DNA of 63,474 nt, filler included, from Dugesia japonica (GCA_001938525.1; 5 parts of 5 records of this genome joined end to end with filler, not necessarily neighbours in it), one strand, 5' to 3'. Shown: positions 14,136 through 32,050, counted from the first letter of the whole stretch. A program made the numbers and translations. Notes: generated by a model from the letters alone, not told the origin.

Positions 14136-14849
14136 ATGGGTGAGATGGATCTGGATGAATATCTGAAAACGAATGTGAAATCGTTCGATCTAATTGGATT
14201 CCGGGGCCGAGAATTTGTATCTAAACTTATTATTCATATGGAGAAAAAAGCTATCAATAAAAAAGAACGAATTCATATCGATCCGAAAATATCTCATATT
14301 GGCATTGTCATTGAGGGTAAAGATCTATTTGAATTCCATGAATCACTATCAGAAACTACCAACCATACGGTTGAAGCCGGAAAAGTCTATGTTTTTGAAT
14401 CTACAGCAACAGGACCAATTATCGATAGGGTGAAAGATGTTTTCGGAAAATATTTTTTCGGTGCACAAATCAGAGATTTGAAAAAAGTTATCACCGGTTA
14501 CAATGGAAATATTTTTCATTCTCAAAAACTCTTTGAAGTTAATCGTGATCAAATAAAAGATTTCGTACTATTTATCGAAGAATATAATTATCGACCATAC
14601 GAAAGGTCATTTCGATCTATGTTTGGCAATTTTTGTCGTTGTCTTGAAATTCATGAAAACACAGACAGTGTATTTTGTTCGGAATTAGTTACACTCGCCT
14701 TAAAGAACTGTGGAATTTTAAATGAAAATGTAAATCCAGAAATGGTGGTCCCATTAGATTTCTATCCTGATCCAAACAATGAAGGAAAAACTCTTGATAT
14801 CGATGGAGAAATTCCTTTGATTTATGACAACCCGGTCCTCTTAAAATAA
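14136..14849 (+). CDS. Permuted papain-like NlpC/P60 (YiiX/YebB/poxvirus G6R-type) cysteine hydrolase, 237 aa, intronless
   Basis: Uninterrupted ATG-TAA ORF with an AAAT-ATG context. DLIGFRG, SHIGIVI (catalytic His), VFES and FCSELV (catalytic Cys) occur in permuted His-before-Cys order, followed by P.DF. AATAAA overlaps the stop. Confidence 0.85.
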   Translation: MGEMDLDEYLKTNVKSFDLIGFRGREFVSKLIIHMEKKAINKKERIHIDPKISHIGIVIEGKDLFEFHESLSETTNHTVEAGKVYVFESTATGPIIDRVKDVFGKYFFGAQIRDLKKVITGYNGNIFHSQKLFEVNRDQIKDFVLFIEEYNYRPYERSFRSMFGNFCRCLEIHENTDSVFCSELVTLALKNCGILNENVNPEMVVPLDFYPDPNNEGKTLDIDGEIPLIYDNPVLLK

Positions 14850-15869
14850 AATGCTTTGTTGAAAATGCCAGTGAATGTTATGTGTAATATAAATTGTTTG
14901 AATTGTTAAATTTTCAGTGTAAGTAACATCTTTCTCAATCAGTTTTTATGTTAACGAATATCAGAGTTGTTTTCTTTATTAACTCGATTACTTACTAATA
15001 TTTAAACAAATAACCATTTATAAATCTGAAATTAAAATTTTCGATGAATACAAATATTAAATCAAATGAGATTTTTTATAATAATGTTGTAAATGTTTGT
15101 GATCATAATTTATTGATTGGTGCAATTTTTATAAATTTTTTAATAAAAATTTTCAAAAATTATTTTTTATAAATTTCCAAGATTCGCAGATGAAATCATT
15201 TTACTATTTTCAGTGTATCTAATTTGGACATTTTATTTTTATTTCAAATTATATCAATTTTGATGTCATATTTTTAAATAAAGAAATTAATTTTGATCAA
15301 GTAATTTCAGTATTATAAATTATTTATTATTATACTATTGTTGGCAACTATTTGAATGTAAAATACAGCCTATTGTATATTTAGCCAATTATTTTTTGTT
15401 TATTTGATTGCTTCCTTTGAATTTTGATTGAACTTACAAAATTTATTTTTTGTGGTAGATTGTTGAAAATTTTAGTAATAAAATAGGTCAACAAATCAAG
15501 TAAATAATAATTATTATTATTAATATTATTTTTATTAATATTATTATTATTTGCAATAATATTATTATTATTAATTATTGTTATTAATGTTATTANNNNN
15601 NNNNNNNNNNNNNNNNNNNNNNNNNNNNNNNNNNNNNNNNNNNNNNNNNNNNNNNNNNNNNNNNNNNNNNNNNNNNNNNNNNNNNNNNNNNNNNNNNNNN
15701 NNNNNNNNNNNNNNNNNNNNNNNNNNNNNNNNNNNNNNNNNNNNNNNNNNNNGAATAATTGTTAGACTTAACCATTGATCGCATTTAAGATTTCATTAAA
15801 ATTAAAATTTTAAATTTTTTTACAANNNNNNNNNNNNNNNNNNNNNNNNNNNNNNNNNNNNNNNNNNNN

Positions 15870-15881
15870 TTAATTAATTAA
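15870..15881. other. Artificial six-frame-stop contig linker (also at 27590-27601, 43497-43508, 54623-54634)
   Basis: Identical TTAATTAATTAA flanked by 44 N on each side, four times. Confidence 0.95.
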
Positions 15882-17094
15882 NNNNNNNNNNNNNNNNNNN
15901 NNNNNNNNNNNNNNNNNNNNNNNNNTATATATATATATATATGTTTGTGTGTGTCTGTACATGCTAAGAAAGTAATAGAATAATAAGTCATGAAACTAAA
16001 AAATACTACCGAAGTTTAGGTAAAACGTTTATAAAAGATCAGTGGCAATGACGGAAATAACATTCGTGATTAAATACGTCTTTACTTTTTGTAATTTTTG
16101 TAAGTATAAACTTAATATTATTTTGTGTGTAAAAAATTTTCCCAACTAAATACACACGGGAAAATCACTCTAAATTAAGTAATATTACCTAATGATGTAA
16201 TTTGTGATGTAATTTTTAAATTCCCAACTAGATGCATTAGGATTAAATTTTATTACATCATGGGGGGTTACTGAATGTGTGTGGTTCAGACCCCCACTTT
16301 CCATCTACTAATTATTAAATTATCTTTTTATAAATATACATTGTTATGCATTGTTATGAATATNNNNNNNNNNNNNNNNNNNNNNNNNNNNNNNNNNNNN
16401 NNNNNNNNNNNNNNNNNNNTTTGACAACTTCCCTTACCAATATTAATTTTTGAACTGACATTATTTTAAATTGTGTATAATTCTATTCACGATATTTTTA
16501 AGTTAATATAGAACATTTAAGACGATATTTATGTCAACATGATTAACGACTACAAAACCCGTGATACCTAATTATGAAAATATGTGATTATTTTTACATT
16601 AATTCTTGAAAAATATTAAATTATTATAGAAAAAACTTATTTATTTAAGAAAAAATAAATACTTCGTTATTATTAAAAATATTTTGGAAAAACACTTTAA
16701 TTTTTCAGTATTTTATAAGTTTAAAATTTTTTACATAAATTTTGCCATTTAGGTTTAAATTTATTGCTCAATTATTTTGCTAATTTGTGAAATTTCTGTG
16801 GACAGGATTTACGAAATGTTTAAAATCTTTAAAAACTTTAATGTAACGTTATAATCGGTTTTCCGTTTTTAATACAAATTGAAATTGTACTTGTAATATT
16901 CTGAAGTTATAATTAATTGTTATTTAAAAAGTATATAATTGTTTCAATAAAAATTTAACAATAACAATTTAATAATTATTTGAATTATTTAGCATTTACA
17001 ATATACTTTTGTTTTCATTATTTATATAAATTGTTTAAATTTACTGTGTTATAAGTATTAAATTTAAAAGTTATCAATCCAATAATCTTTAAAT

Positions 17095-21773
<4,679 letters not shown>

Positions 21774-22476
21774 CTTTTATATTATTTTTATGCTGATTAT
21801 TCAATTTTGTACAGTCTCGTAATATAAATAATTGGCTCGCATTTTCTTTTGAAGCGTTGGTTTTAAGTTAAAATGACTTTTATAGTTCGTAGTTAAAGGA
21901 AATTTTACGGGTTTTTCGTTATAGATATTTAATTAAATTAATTTTATTTTTTTGGTTACGAGTAATAAAGGTTCAGGTAAATAATAAAGCATGCTTATTA
22001 GAAAATTTACTTCAAACAGTTTGCTGTTCTTTCACATGAAAATAACGCCGCTTCCCGACCGATGTTCTCGATTATTACTGGTATCACGTACTAGTAAATT
22101 TATTACTAAAGCAAACTTATACTAATTAAGTCTTAATGTTTATGTGGGGTAATATTTACAGGAAATGATAATTATTTTGACAAATAATACGCGATATACA
22201 ATGAGGATGTGATTGTATTTGTTTTGTAGGTTTTTTAAACAAAACATTATCCTAATTCAAGAACTACTTGAATCTACTACTTTTTAATCTGGAATAGGTA
22301 GATTATTTATCTTTATCTTTTGCGTTGTTTTTGCCTGCCTGTTTTATATTTTTTCGATTTTTTTATTTTCCTTAATTTCTTTACTAATCATACTAATACT
22401 GTAATTTCCTCATTGAGGAAATGTTTACCTAGTAAACACTATTTCATTAATTTCGGATTTTAAGTGTATATATAGA

Positions 22477-22704
22477 TGTTAGATTTGGAAATAGAGTTAA
22501 GCGTAAAATAATATTCTAAAACCAAAATGATATTGTAACAAATATATATAGCTTTTGCGGAATCAGTTATGCAATAATGTCTGACCACTAAAATCATACA
22601 CATTCAAACAGTCAATCACGCATTCACCTATTATCACATACATATGTCGATTTACTATTTTTAAAGGTCAATATGAAATTATATATTAGTAGTCATATCT
22701 AACA
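22477..22704 (-). mobile_element. Gypsy 3' LTR (228 bp)
   Basis: TGTTAGAT...ATCTAACA 8-bp inverted termini, preceded on the minus strand by the PPT-like AAAAGGGTAGAA directly after an integrase C-terminus. Confidence 0.8.
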
Positions 22705-24240
22705 TTCTACCCTTTTAAAGTGTTTTAACCATTCAATATTTCTTATTATTTTCTTACCATTGGTAAGTTCTAATCATGTATTTTTTTATTAATAAGTTCT
22801 AATTTAAAACTCCTATCATGCATTTTCTCTATAATTATTCCTGGTCCTTCATATCTGTTTTCATTTTTACGTGGACTTTCTCTTTTAATTAAAACTTCTT
22901 GACCAATATTAAATTTTCTAACTGTATTATTCTTTTCGAAATTTTTGGAATTTTCATAGTTATTTAAATTGATTATTATTCTTTTACGCTTTCATTTACA
23001 TTGTTTTTATCATTCCCAACAATCCATTCTTTGTGTAAATTTTTCCCAAAAACTATTTCAGCTGGAGATACATTCATCGATCTCTGAATTGTGGTCAACA
23101 TAAATTCTATTTCTGGTTAAATTTCGGCACAGTCCTGCTTTTTCTTATCCTGTAAGCTAATATGAATTCTATGTCTTATAGTTCGAAATTCTCTTTCAAT
23201 TACTACTATGATGATATGGACTGGATTACACAATTAAATTCCTTAGCTACTTGTTGGAAAAGATTTGATTCAAATGATTTTACCCAATCAGTATGTATTA
23301 TTTTCGGTGCACCATATTTCAAAATCCAATTTTTTTTAATATTTTAACATTGTTCATTTCATCTTGATGTGAAATTGCATTAAAAGTTATAAATCTACTG
23401 AAGCTAAAACGTATTGTTTTCCATATAATGTTTTCTTTAAAGGACCACAAAGTTTTCATGGCAGCTTTTGGTCAGCATATGACTTGACTTGTCGTAATCT
23501 TTTCAATTCGATCCTGGTCTCCTTCTGTTTCCTACCAGGGTCATTGTCTCATTTTTTGCCATCATAATTTCGATTTTCCGCGAGTCTAATTTCATACACC
23601 CGATTTTCTGGTCATCTAACTTTTGGTGATCGAGTGTCTATTCTAGTTTGTTTAACTACTTTCACAAAGCTCATAATATTATCCGAATCCCCATTGTTTT
23701 TTTGCTTTATTTAGTAGCTTCAGTGTTTGTTTAATCTCATTTACTTTCAGAACTTTACGCAATATAACTTCTTTCTCAACCCTTTTGTTTTCTGCAAACT
23801 ACTTTACTGTTAATTTTATTTATTTTTTTTACTCTTTATTTAAGAATAACCTTTCTTCACATTCTTCTACTTTTTGATATACATATCAATATATTCTTCT
23901 CGTCCTCTGAAATCTAGAATTTCCCTAATTTGTTTTATTATGTCCTCTTAGCTTAATTTCTCTACGCCAACGTCCTTAGAAACCTTTTGCTTACTACAAT
24001 GTTTATTCAAAATTTTCTGAGAAAATCTATTTCTATCATGCGAGTAACTAATCTTTCTTGCTTTCTCTTGTTAGTGATTCCTTTTAACTCAATGTATAAG
24101 TCACTTTACCCACGAATAGTGTCTATAAAGAATACACTTAAAGAATGAACTTTTCGACATCATCATGTCTTCCCAATACTTCGGGAATCAACCGGTCTGT
24201 TATGCAGTCCGTGTTGACCGCTGCCACAATACATACCGGA
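22705..24240 (-). mobile_element. Internally deleted Gypsy remnants (integrase C-terminal half, gag 5' part, tRNA-Leu-type PBS)
   Basis: KYGAPKIIHTD.VKSFES and RYEGPGII integrase motifs. TGTGGCAGCGGT at ~24218-24229 (minus) is complementary to the tRNA-Leu 3' end. Confidence 0.7.
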
Positions 24241-24609
24241 CAATTAAACATTTTCACATTCCGATAAAATTTATTAATCTATCAAAGAAATATGATTTAT
24301 ACAAGATTATAAATATATAGAATTACAAAAAACTTATAATGCATAAAAATAGACAAAATATAATTTCAAATATAAAAATATTAATATTACATACATAAAA
24401 AATAACTAATAATAACAATATTAACTTAAAATATTCCTAATATTTAATTATTTTCTTATAATTTTTTGGGAATTGCGGTTCCCTTCTTCCAATATGTAAA
24501 ACGATTTAAAATGGCAAAAATATCTATTATATAAAAATATTTAATTTAGTTTTATTTTAATAGTCATTCAATAATTTATTTACTAGTTTTTAAGATACAT
24601 ACAAAATTA

Positions 24610-24973
24610 TTAATGTGAAGGCTGTTGCGGTTTTTCCTTAATTAATTTCTTGAATTGAGAAATGGATCTCGACAAAGCAACGCGCATATCATGCTCAAAC
24701 GCTATCGATATTTTTGTTTATATCGTCTTCTTATGTGAAAACTTATCGTCTTAAGTGTGATGCATTATATCAAATGAATTTATAACTTCCATAGCTCGTT
24801 TTCCAATAAAGTGGTGGGTTTTTCTCAAAGAAGATCAAAACTCTCCAAATGTTTTTGAATCGAAACAAATGTTTTGAAATTTACGAATTAAAATTTAATT
24901 TGAAGTCGGTGAACCCCAAAAAAATCATCTATTGACTGCTGAGGGTTTACGGAGCACAGGTTAAGAAACCCTG
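24610..24973 (-). mobile_element. hAT (Buster/Charlie) deletion derivative: terminus plus transposase C-terminus
   Basis: Minus strand begins CAGGGTTTCTTAACCTG and encodes ...EHDMRVALSRSISQFKKLIKEKPQQPSH*, typical of ZBED5/ZBED8/FAM200-type transposase ends. Confidence 0.8.
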
Positions 24974-25456
24974 TCCTAGATGAACGTAAATGATTAAAAT
25001 GATTATATGAAAGATATACAGTGCAGAACTTCCAAAGCTTAGAAGTCAAACAATTTATTCTAGTTTTCATCCATCTTCAAAGCATTAAAATATTAGCATA
25101 AATTATTAGTCCTGATTAGTTTACTAAATCTTTTTTTTACTAAATCGTCAATAACTGCGTAATAACAATGCCGTTGAGGTAAATGAGTTCAAAAGGAAAT
25201 AATTAATGTATAAATAATATATATTTAAAAGAAAAAAATTATTGACTATATACCTTGAAGGGTAACAGTGATTACCTCACCAAGCGAGTCCTTAGAATTT
25301 TATAACTGCAATATTAAGAACAGTCATGGAATTTAACAAAAATTCTTTAACTATGTCCTTAAAATTAAAGGATTTGAAGATTATTTGATAATTGATCTAT
25401 CGAATTTCTGCTTTTATTTCGATGTCTAATAGAAACGTCTTTCAGATAAAGTAAAG

Positions 25457-26450
25457 TGTTGGAATCGGATTATTTCCTCTGATTTAATAGTTTAATTATA
25501 CGTTGGGATGAAAAACCGGATTACAGAAAATAAAATGGCGTAAGTAAACGCGAAATTTTAAATATTGTCATAAGAAACGAAAATGTGATATTCAGACTTG
25601 AGAAGGATATAGTTCAGGTGAAACGATAGGAAAAAGAAAGTGGACCAGGAAGTTGAACTCATACAGAATCTAGAATTACGATAGGAACAACGAAGAGAAA
25701 TGATAATTAAAGGAAGAAAGGCGATAATAAAGGTAACCATCAAAACAAAGAAAATAATAATCACAGCTAAGCAGGTTTTCATTAGTCAAGAATAAAGAAA
25801 GTCGATTGAATGAATAATCAAAGAAAGGAAAATAAATTAAATAAATTAATCAATAAAAGAAAACAGCGAAGTTAAATTAATTCTAGATCAAAAAGAAAAA
25901 TAAACATCAAATTAACTTTTATGAAGAAATAAAATAAAATTATTTATTTAAATAAAATGAATCATATGAAGTAAAATGATTTTTTTTGAAGCAGAAAATA
26001 AATTATTTGTCAAAAAAATAAGAAAAATGAAGGTTTTCGCTGGCAGTCAAGAAAATTATGCAATAGAAAAATTTGGGGAGTTCAAAAATGCAAGTTAGAA
26101 AATCGTAACAAGATCCAGAAGGAAGTTATAAGGATATGAAGGTTGACCAACAGAACCCCAGTAATTTTTTTTTAATTTTAAAATTCTGACCAATAAAAAA
26201 AAATCGTGTGATAAATTAAAATAATGGGCCAAAATAATGCCAAGAACGATTATTAACCAACAGAAAGAATAAGGAGTGTAAAAGAAAACCGGTATAAATA
26301 CCTATGCAATTTTCCAGTAAAATATAGCAAATTTTAATCCAGTTTAGCAAATTCAAGTTAATTTATCAAATTGACCAGACCAGTCCAATTTACCAAATTA
26401 CTGAAATACAGATTTCATTGGAAAAAGTGTAGAAGTAAAGAATTGATCCA
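25457..26450 (+). mobile_element. 5' (U3) part of a long LTR with CCAAT-like boxes and TATA
   Basis: Starts TGTTGG and is homologous to 32051-32720. Repeated ACCAAY boxes, with TATAAATA at 26293. Confidence 0.6.
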
Positions 26451-26739
26451 AAGGTGAATTTAACGGTAATTTCTTGTTAATTACGCGCAACGATTTTCGA
26501 CTCGCAAATGGAAGGCTATGGAGGATCTTTAGAATCACTAATGGTTATCGCCGATGCTCCATTACAATTATTGTGCTTGCTACGGGTCGGGATTCAGGAC
26601 ATATTAGTTATATTAATTGTCATATTTATGAAATATATGTGTAACAAGTAAACTTTGACGTATTTAATATAGTTTACGAGTTCAGTTCTTTTGTCTTCCT
26701 TATTAAATTCAGTCTAAAATCCTACGTTAATATAAAAGC

Positions 26740-27170
26740 AAAATTCAAGAAGATGAGGATGATAATGATCCGATTATGGATAGTAATGAGATTGATGATA
26801 TTGATGAAATTGACACATTTGATAATTGCATGGATATAGCAATTTTAAGTATTGATGCAATAGAGCAAGAAATATATTATCGCGATCTATTAGAGAAGTC
26901 AAGGAAACTTGTTAGCTTTATCAAAAAATCTACTGTTCGCATTAATGTGTTTCTAGGCAAAGTAAGAGGAAATAGGCCACGAGATAGAACGGCATCTCGA
27001 TATTAAGCAATTCGTGAGACATTAATTGAATTTCAAGCATTAAACATGATTCAAGATTTTGATTTTAAATTTAACAACGGAACCTGTAAAATTAACTGTC
27101 AATAATCCCAGTTGCGAAGTAGCAACATTAGTAAGCGCCAAAATAAATTTGCAATTTATGCTTGTGCTCC
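26740..27170 (+). pseudogene. hAT transposase fragment
   Basis: LLEKSRKLVSFIKKSTVR..EEIGHEIE.HLDIK and EPVKLTV...ATLVSA resemble hAT core helices. Frameshifted. Confidence 0.65.
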
Positions 27171-27645
27171 ATAAAGATTAATTACCAGAACATTTCTCTG
27201 GATTATGATCAGTGTATAAGGGTCTCAAATTGGAATGTACATTATTCAAAAATACAGTTTAGCGAAGTGAAAACATACAAAAACTATATAACGTAATTCT
27301 TTGTATTAAACCAACGTCTACATATGTGTTTTCCGTATGCAGTAACTTTTGCACCAAAATAAAATCGCGCTTTTCTGATAGATCACTTCAAGCTCTTGTG
27401 TTTTTAAACTACTATTATAAGAAGTAGAAATGTAATATAAATGGTGTTTTTTTCTATATGATAAAATGAAATGTTATAAACAATAAAATGTTATCTTTTA
27501 CTTTAAGAAATTTGAGAAAAATAAAAAACAGTAAAAACAGCTGTTNNNNNNNNNNNNNNNNNNNNNNNNNNNNNNNNNNNNNNNNNNNNTTAATTAATTA
27601 ANNNNNNNNNNNNNNNNNNNNNNNNNNNNNNNNNNNNNNNNNNNN

Positions 27646-30500
27646 TTAATGTTAAGAATAATGACAACACGTGTTTTATTTATAGCATTCTTGCTGTTCT
27701 TAAACAACATGAAATTTGACAAAATCGACATTGTGTTGCAAAATATAAGGATTATATGTCAGAGTTAGTATTTGAAGAGTTTAATATGCCAATGAAACTT
27801 GTAAATATCCCAAAATTTGAGAAACAAAAGCCAGGATATGCAATCAAAATCTTTTTCTGGAACTCAGAATCAGTTCAAGATAATGATAATATAATCATGA
27901 AGCATCCAAACTTGGATATTATTCACCGGTCAAAAGTGGAAGATGGGCAGAAAATTAATCTCTTGTTGCTTGAAGATGGAGAAAATTACCATTACACTGA
28001 AGTGATAGATTTAAATAGACTTATGAATAGAGACATAAAAGAAAATGGAGTGCAAATTTGATTAATCTGGTGTCAAAATTGGTTAAATGGATTCAAGAAT
28101 AATATTGCTTTGGAGACACATAAAGCACTTTACAGCAAAATGCAAACTGGTACAACTATGTACAAAATGCCAACAGAAAAAAAATTAATATTCAAAGATT
28201 ATTCAAAAACGATGACTCCATCTTTCGTGATTTATGCTGATTTTGCGTCAGTTTTAGAAAAGGATCTAATTTATCATCAAAAACATATTCTAATTTCAGC
28301 TGGACTTTTGTTGGTAAATAATTATACCAACGAATTTAAATACAGTCAATTTATTAGACCAGACTGTGTTTTGGAATTTTTATTGAAATTACAAGAAATT
28401 AGTAAGGACATCGTATATCCATATTATATGGAAAATAGCAAAAAGGATATGGAAATAACTGTAGAAGAAGAAATGTCATTCAAAGCAGCAATATCTTGTT
28501 ATTTATGTAACAAATCAATAGTAAAACTAGTTTGTGACTATGATCATTTTACTGAAAATAAATAGATCCAGCATGCAGTAAGTGTAATATAAGCAGAAAA
28601 ATTAAATATGAATTGCCTGTTGTATTCCACAATCTGAAATGATATAATCTCCACCATATTCTCAAGTATGATCTCAATCAATTCCCAGAATGAATATCTC
28701 ATTCCTACAATGTATTCCTACAACTCAAAAGTTCTTATGTCTTACTGCACATGCATCAAAAAACAACAATAAAATTCATTGGCTCATACCAGTTCATTAA
28801 TTCATCATTAACTTCTGCAGTCCAGTCAATTAAAACTACTCCTTTGACATCAAAAGAATTTAATGGTGATCGTATTATAAAGTCAAAAGGGATTTTTCCA
28901 TATGATTTCACCACAAGCTTAGATGTTTTAATAGAAGCAATGTCAATGCCACCGAGATGGGATCATGTGAGTGAACAAGAATATGTCAAAGCAGTTCAAA
29001 TATTGGAGATCACTAATTGTAAAAACCTACTGGATTATATGATGGTTTATCTTAAGCTCGATGTCTTTTTGTTGGCTGATTTCTTCCTACAATTTTGATA
29101 CAAGTCTATAGCTGACAATAAGTTGGAACCATTGAATTTTCTCAGGATACTAGGCATTTCATGGGCATCTGCATTGATGACTCTTAAAGAACCAATTGAA
29201 TTATTAACGGATAATTACATGTATAGATTATTTGAAGGGGGTATTAGAGGAGGGCTCACGTTTGTTAACAAATATTTTGTCAAAAGTGATGAAAACACGG
29301 ATATTCTATAAATTGATATTAATAACTTGTATGGGTGGGCTTTAAGTGAAAAATTGCCCTATAAAATCTTTGAGTGGATATATTCGGGATTGGATGCAAT
29401 ATTAGAAGAATGCAGAACATGTGATTTATATTCGGTATCATATGGTTATACTATGGAAGTGGATATAGTAATTCCGAAAGAATTACATGAATATTTGAGT
29501 GATTTACCTGTCGCAGTCAAACATCAAAGTCCTCCAGAATCAAAGGTGAAGAAAATATTGCTGACACATTATCTAAAGCAGAATTATGTGGTACACTGGA
29601 GGATACTATAAATGTACTTACAATTAGGTGTACATGTTACAAAAATACATAGGGCTGTGAAATTCAATCAGGACTACATCTTTAAAAATTACATTGATGA
29701 GAACACAAAAAAAACATCAGAGAGTAAATCGCATTTGGATAAAACTACTATATGACGTTGAATAATAGTCTTTATGGTAAAATAAAACAGTGGAAAATTT
29801 ATAGAAAACGTTAAATTTAAGATTATGTAACTCAGCTAAAAGACTTATGACTTATGTTTCAAAACCATATTTAAGAGAAAACAATCAAAATTGATGATGA
29901 TTTGATTGCTGTTATACTAAACAAGGAAATAGTTTGCTTAGATAACCCAAGTTACATAGGGCAGATGGTGCTCGATCTTAGTAAACTAAGAATGTACCAA
30001 TTACAATGTGTAAAACTTGAGAAATATCGAAAGGAGCAGAAATGTGAGATTAGTATAGTAGCTGGTGACATAGATAGTTTCTTTTTAGAAATTAAAAATA
30101 TAAAGCTTGAAAAATTGTTAGGACTCATAGTACAAGATAATCTGTTAGATACATCAAATTATAGGGAAAGTCATCCATTATTTAGAAACAAATTGAACTT
30201 GGTTGTAGGAAAATTTGAGGATGAGAATAAAGGTAAGAAATATGTTGAATGGGTTTTTCTTAGACCAAAATACTATAGTCTTCTTAGTGAAAAGGAATCA
30301 ATGAAGGTAAAGGAATTATATTAAAAGATAGTGACTAAACATGCCAGTCAAATCGTGTTTGATACAACGAAAATAAGAGAATATTAGTTAATCAGTTCAG
30401 AATAGGGACTATAAATCATCAGATTTATAGTTTTATGAGTTCAAAATTAGCACTTATAAATAATGACGACAAAAGAGTATGGGTAGCCAAGAACTTAAGC
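27646..30500 (+). pseudogene. Protein-primed family B DNA polymerase (Polinton/Maverick/adintovirus-type) with an embedded endonuclease-VII-like zinc domain
   Basis: NVKNNDNTCF, VIYADF (ExoI), CYLC..DYDHFT..ACSKCN, VVFHNLK (ExoII), KGIFPYD, YLKLDV (ExoIII), GIRGG, DINNLYG (A), NNSLYGK (B), AGDIDS (C), GKFEDE, LRPKYYS. Many stops. Confidence 0.93.
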
Positions 30501-31004
30501 AAACCATATCTACATCATACATTACATACAACATAGTACTTTGTCTCAGTGTTTCACGATCGAATCAGCCAATTCAAGTAAATTATTTGATTTATTATTA
30601 TTTCAGTAATTTATTGTATTTATTTTATAGTATCAATGTCATCCAGCTGAAATTCAATCAACAGATATTTACTAAATAAATTATTGTTATCTAAATAATG
30701 TGTTTATTTTGTTATTTATTTATTTTTTTATAATGTAAACTTTTGTTATTTTATTAAGAATATTTTATTTTATAAGTGTAAGGTTAATTATTTTATAAGA
30801 TAAACAGTATTTAAGTGTTTAAATTTAACTTGAGTTTAAATTTTTATTTTATATCCTTTTTTTCATCATTGTTAATAAATTTATTTATCATTGTAAATAA
30901 GTTTAAATTAGTTTCAAATTTTAAATTTTAATTAATTAATATTTGTTATAACTATTATTATTATTAATTATAACTCAACTCATGTATATTCAAAACAACA
31001 TAAA

Positions 31005-31335
31005 TATATTTATCTGTGTTGGGTAAAATAAGTGTACTGTGTTGCGTTAAAATTATTTATCTGTGTTGAGTTGTGTTAAAACTATTTATCTGTGTTGGTT
31101 AAAATAAGCGTACTTTGTTTAGTTAAATCTATTTATCTATGTTGTGTTGTTTTCAATATATTTATCTGTGTTGTGTTGTCTTCAATATCTTTATATGTGT
31201 TGGGTAAAATAAGTGTGCTGTGTTTAGTTGTGTTAAAACTATTTATCTGTGTTGGTTAAAATAAGCGGGCTTTGTTTAGTTAAATCTATTTATCTGTGTT
31301 GTGTTGATTTCAATATATTTATCTGTGTTGTGATT
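31005..31335. repeat. Array of 9 TATTTATCTGTGTTG cores with 29/47/52-bp periodicity
   Basis: Cores at ~31007, 31054, 31083, 31130, 31159, 31188, 31240, 31287, 31316. Inverted partial copy at ~31583-31655. Confidence 0.9.
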
Positions 31336-31715
31336 GATCTAATCATATATTTATTATTATTAAAGTTACTATTATTAAAATTATTATTATAATTAAATAT
31401 GATTTATTAATGAAAGTATTATTATTTATTATTATAATTGTTATTATTATTATAGTTATTATTATTATAGTTATTATTTATTATACAAATTATTATTTAT
31501 TATTATAATTATTATTTATTATTATAATTATTATTTATTATTATTATTAAAATTATTATACAAATTATTATTATTACTACTATCAACTCATCTAAACACA
31601 GCACACTTATTCAACTCTACACAGAAATGGTTTTAAATCAACTCAAAACACACAATTACTATTTAGGAAGCAATACTATACGTTTTGGTCGAGAAATTTA
31701 AAAAACAATTCAAAG

Positions 31716-32044
31716 TGTTCCCGTGCTGCACTACCTTTATCTTCTAAACTAAAAATATTTATATAGCAAATCCTATACAAAAGATAATTAGTTTTTAATT
31801 CTATGACGATCAATATCAAATTCGAAACCATACGATAAAATTAGACCGAAAAATTTAAAAAACCAATTTTTGATATTCGACTTTCCTGAGCAAAAATCGG
31901 ACCGTTCCAACCCGAATTCGAAAATATGTTTCATTTACTCGTAACGTCCAATCAAAATCCTACTTGTCAAAAACATCAAAACAGTCAAAAACAGTCGGCA
32001 GTGGGGATGGGGTTGGGGTTTACTGTTCCCGTGCTGCACTATCT
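31716..32044. mobile_element. Putative Polinton right terminus (21-bp end motif present twice)
   Basis: TGTTCCCGTGCTGCACTA(C/T)CT at 31716-31736 and 32024-32044. Ends in CT, matching Polinton AG...CT termini. A related motif occurs at 62035. Confidence 0.55.
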
Positions 32045-32050
32045 ATATAC

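Noticed and set aside
31005-31335. CRISPR-like repeat/spacer appearance
   Set aside because: Spacers are themselves repeated and related, the core is only 15 bp, there are no cas genes, and the context is eukaryotic.
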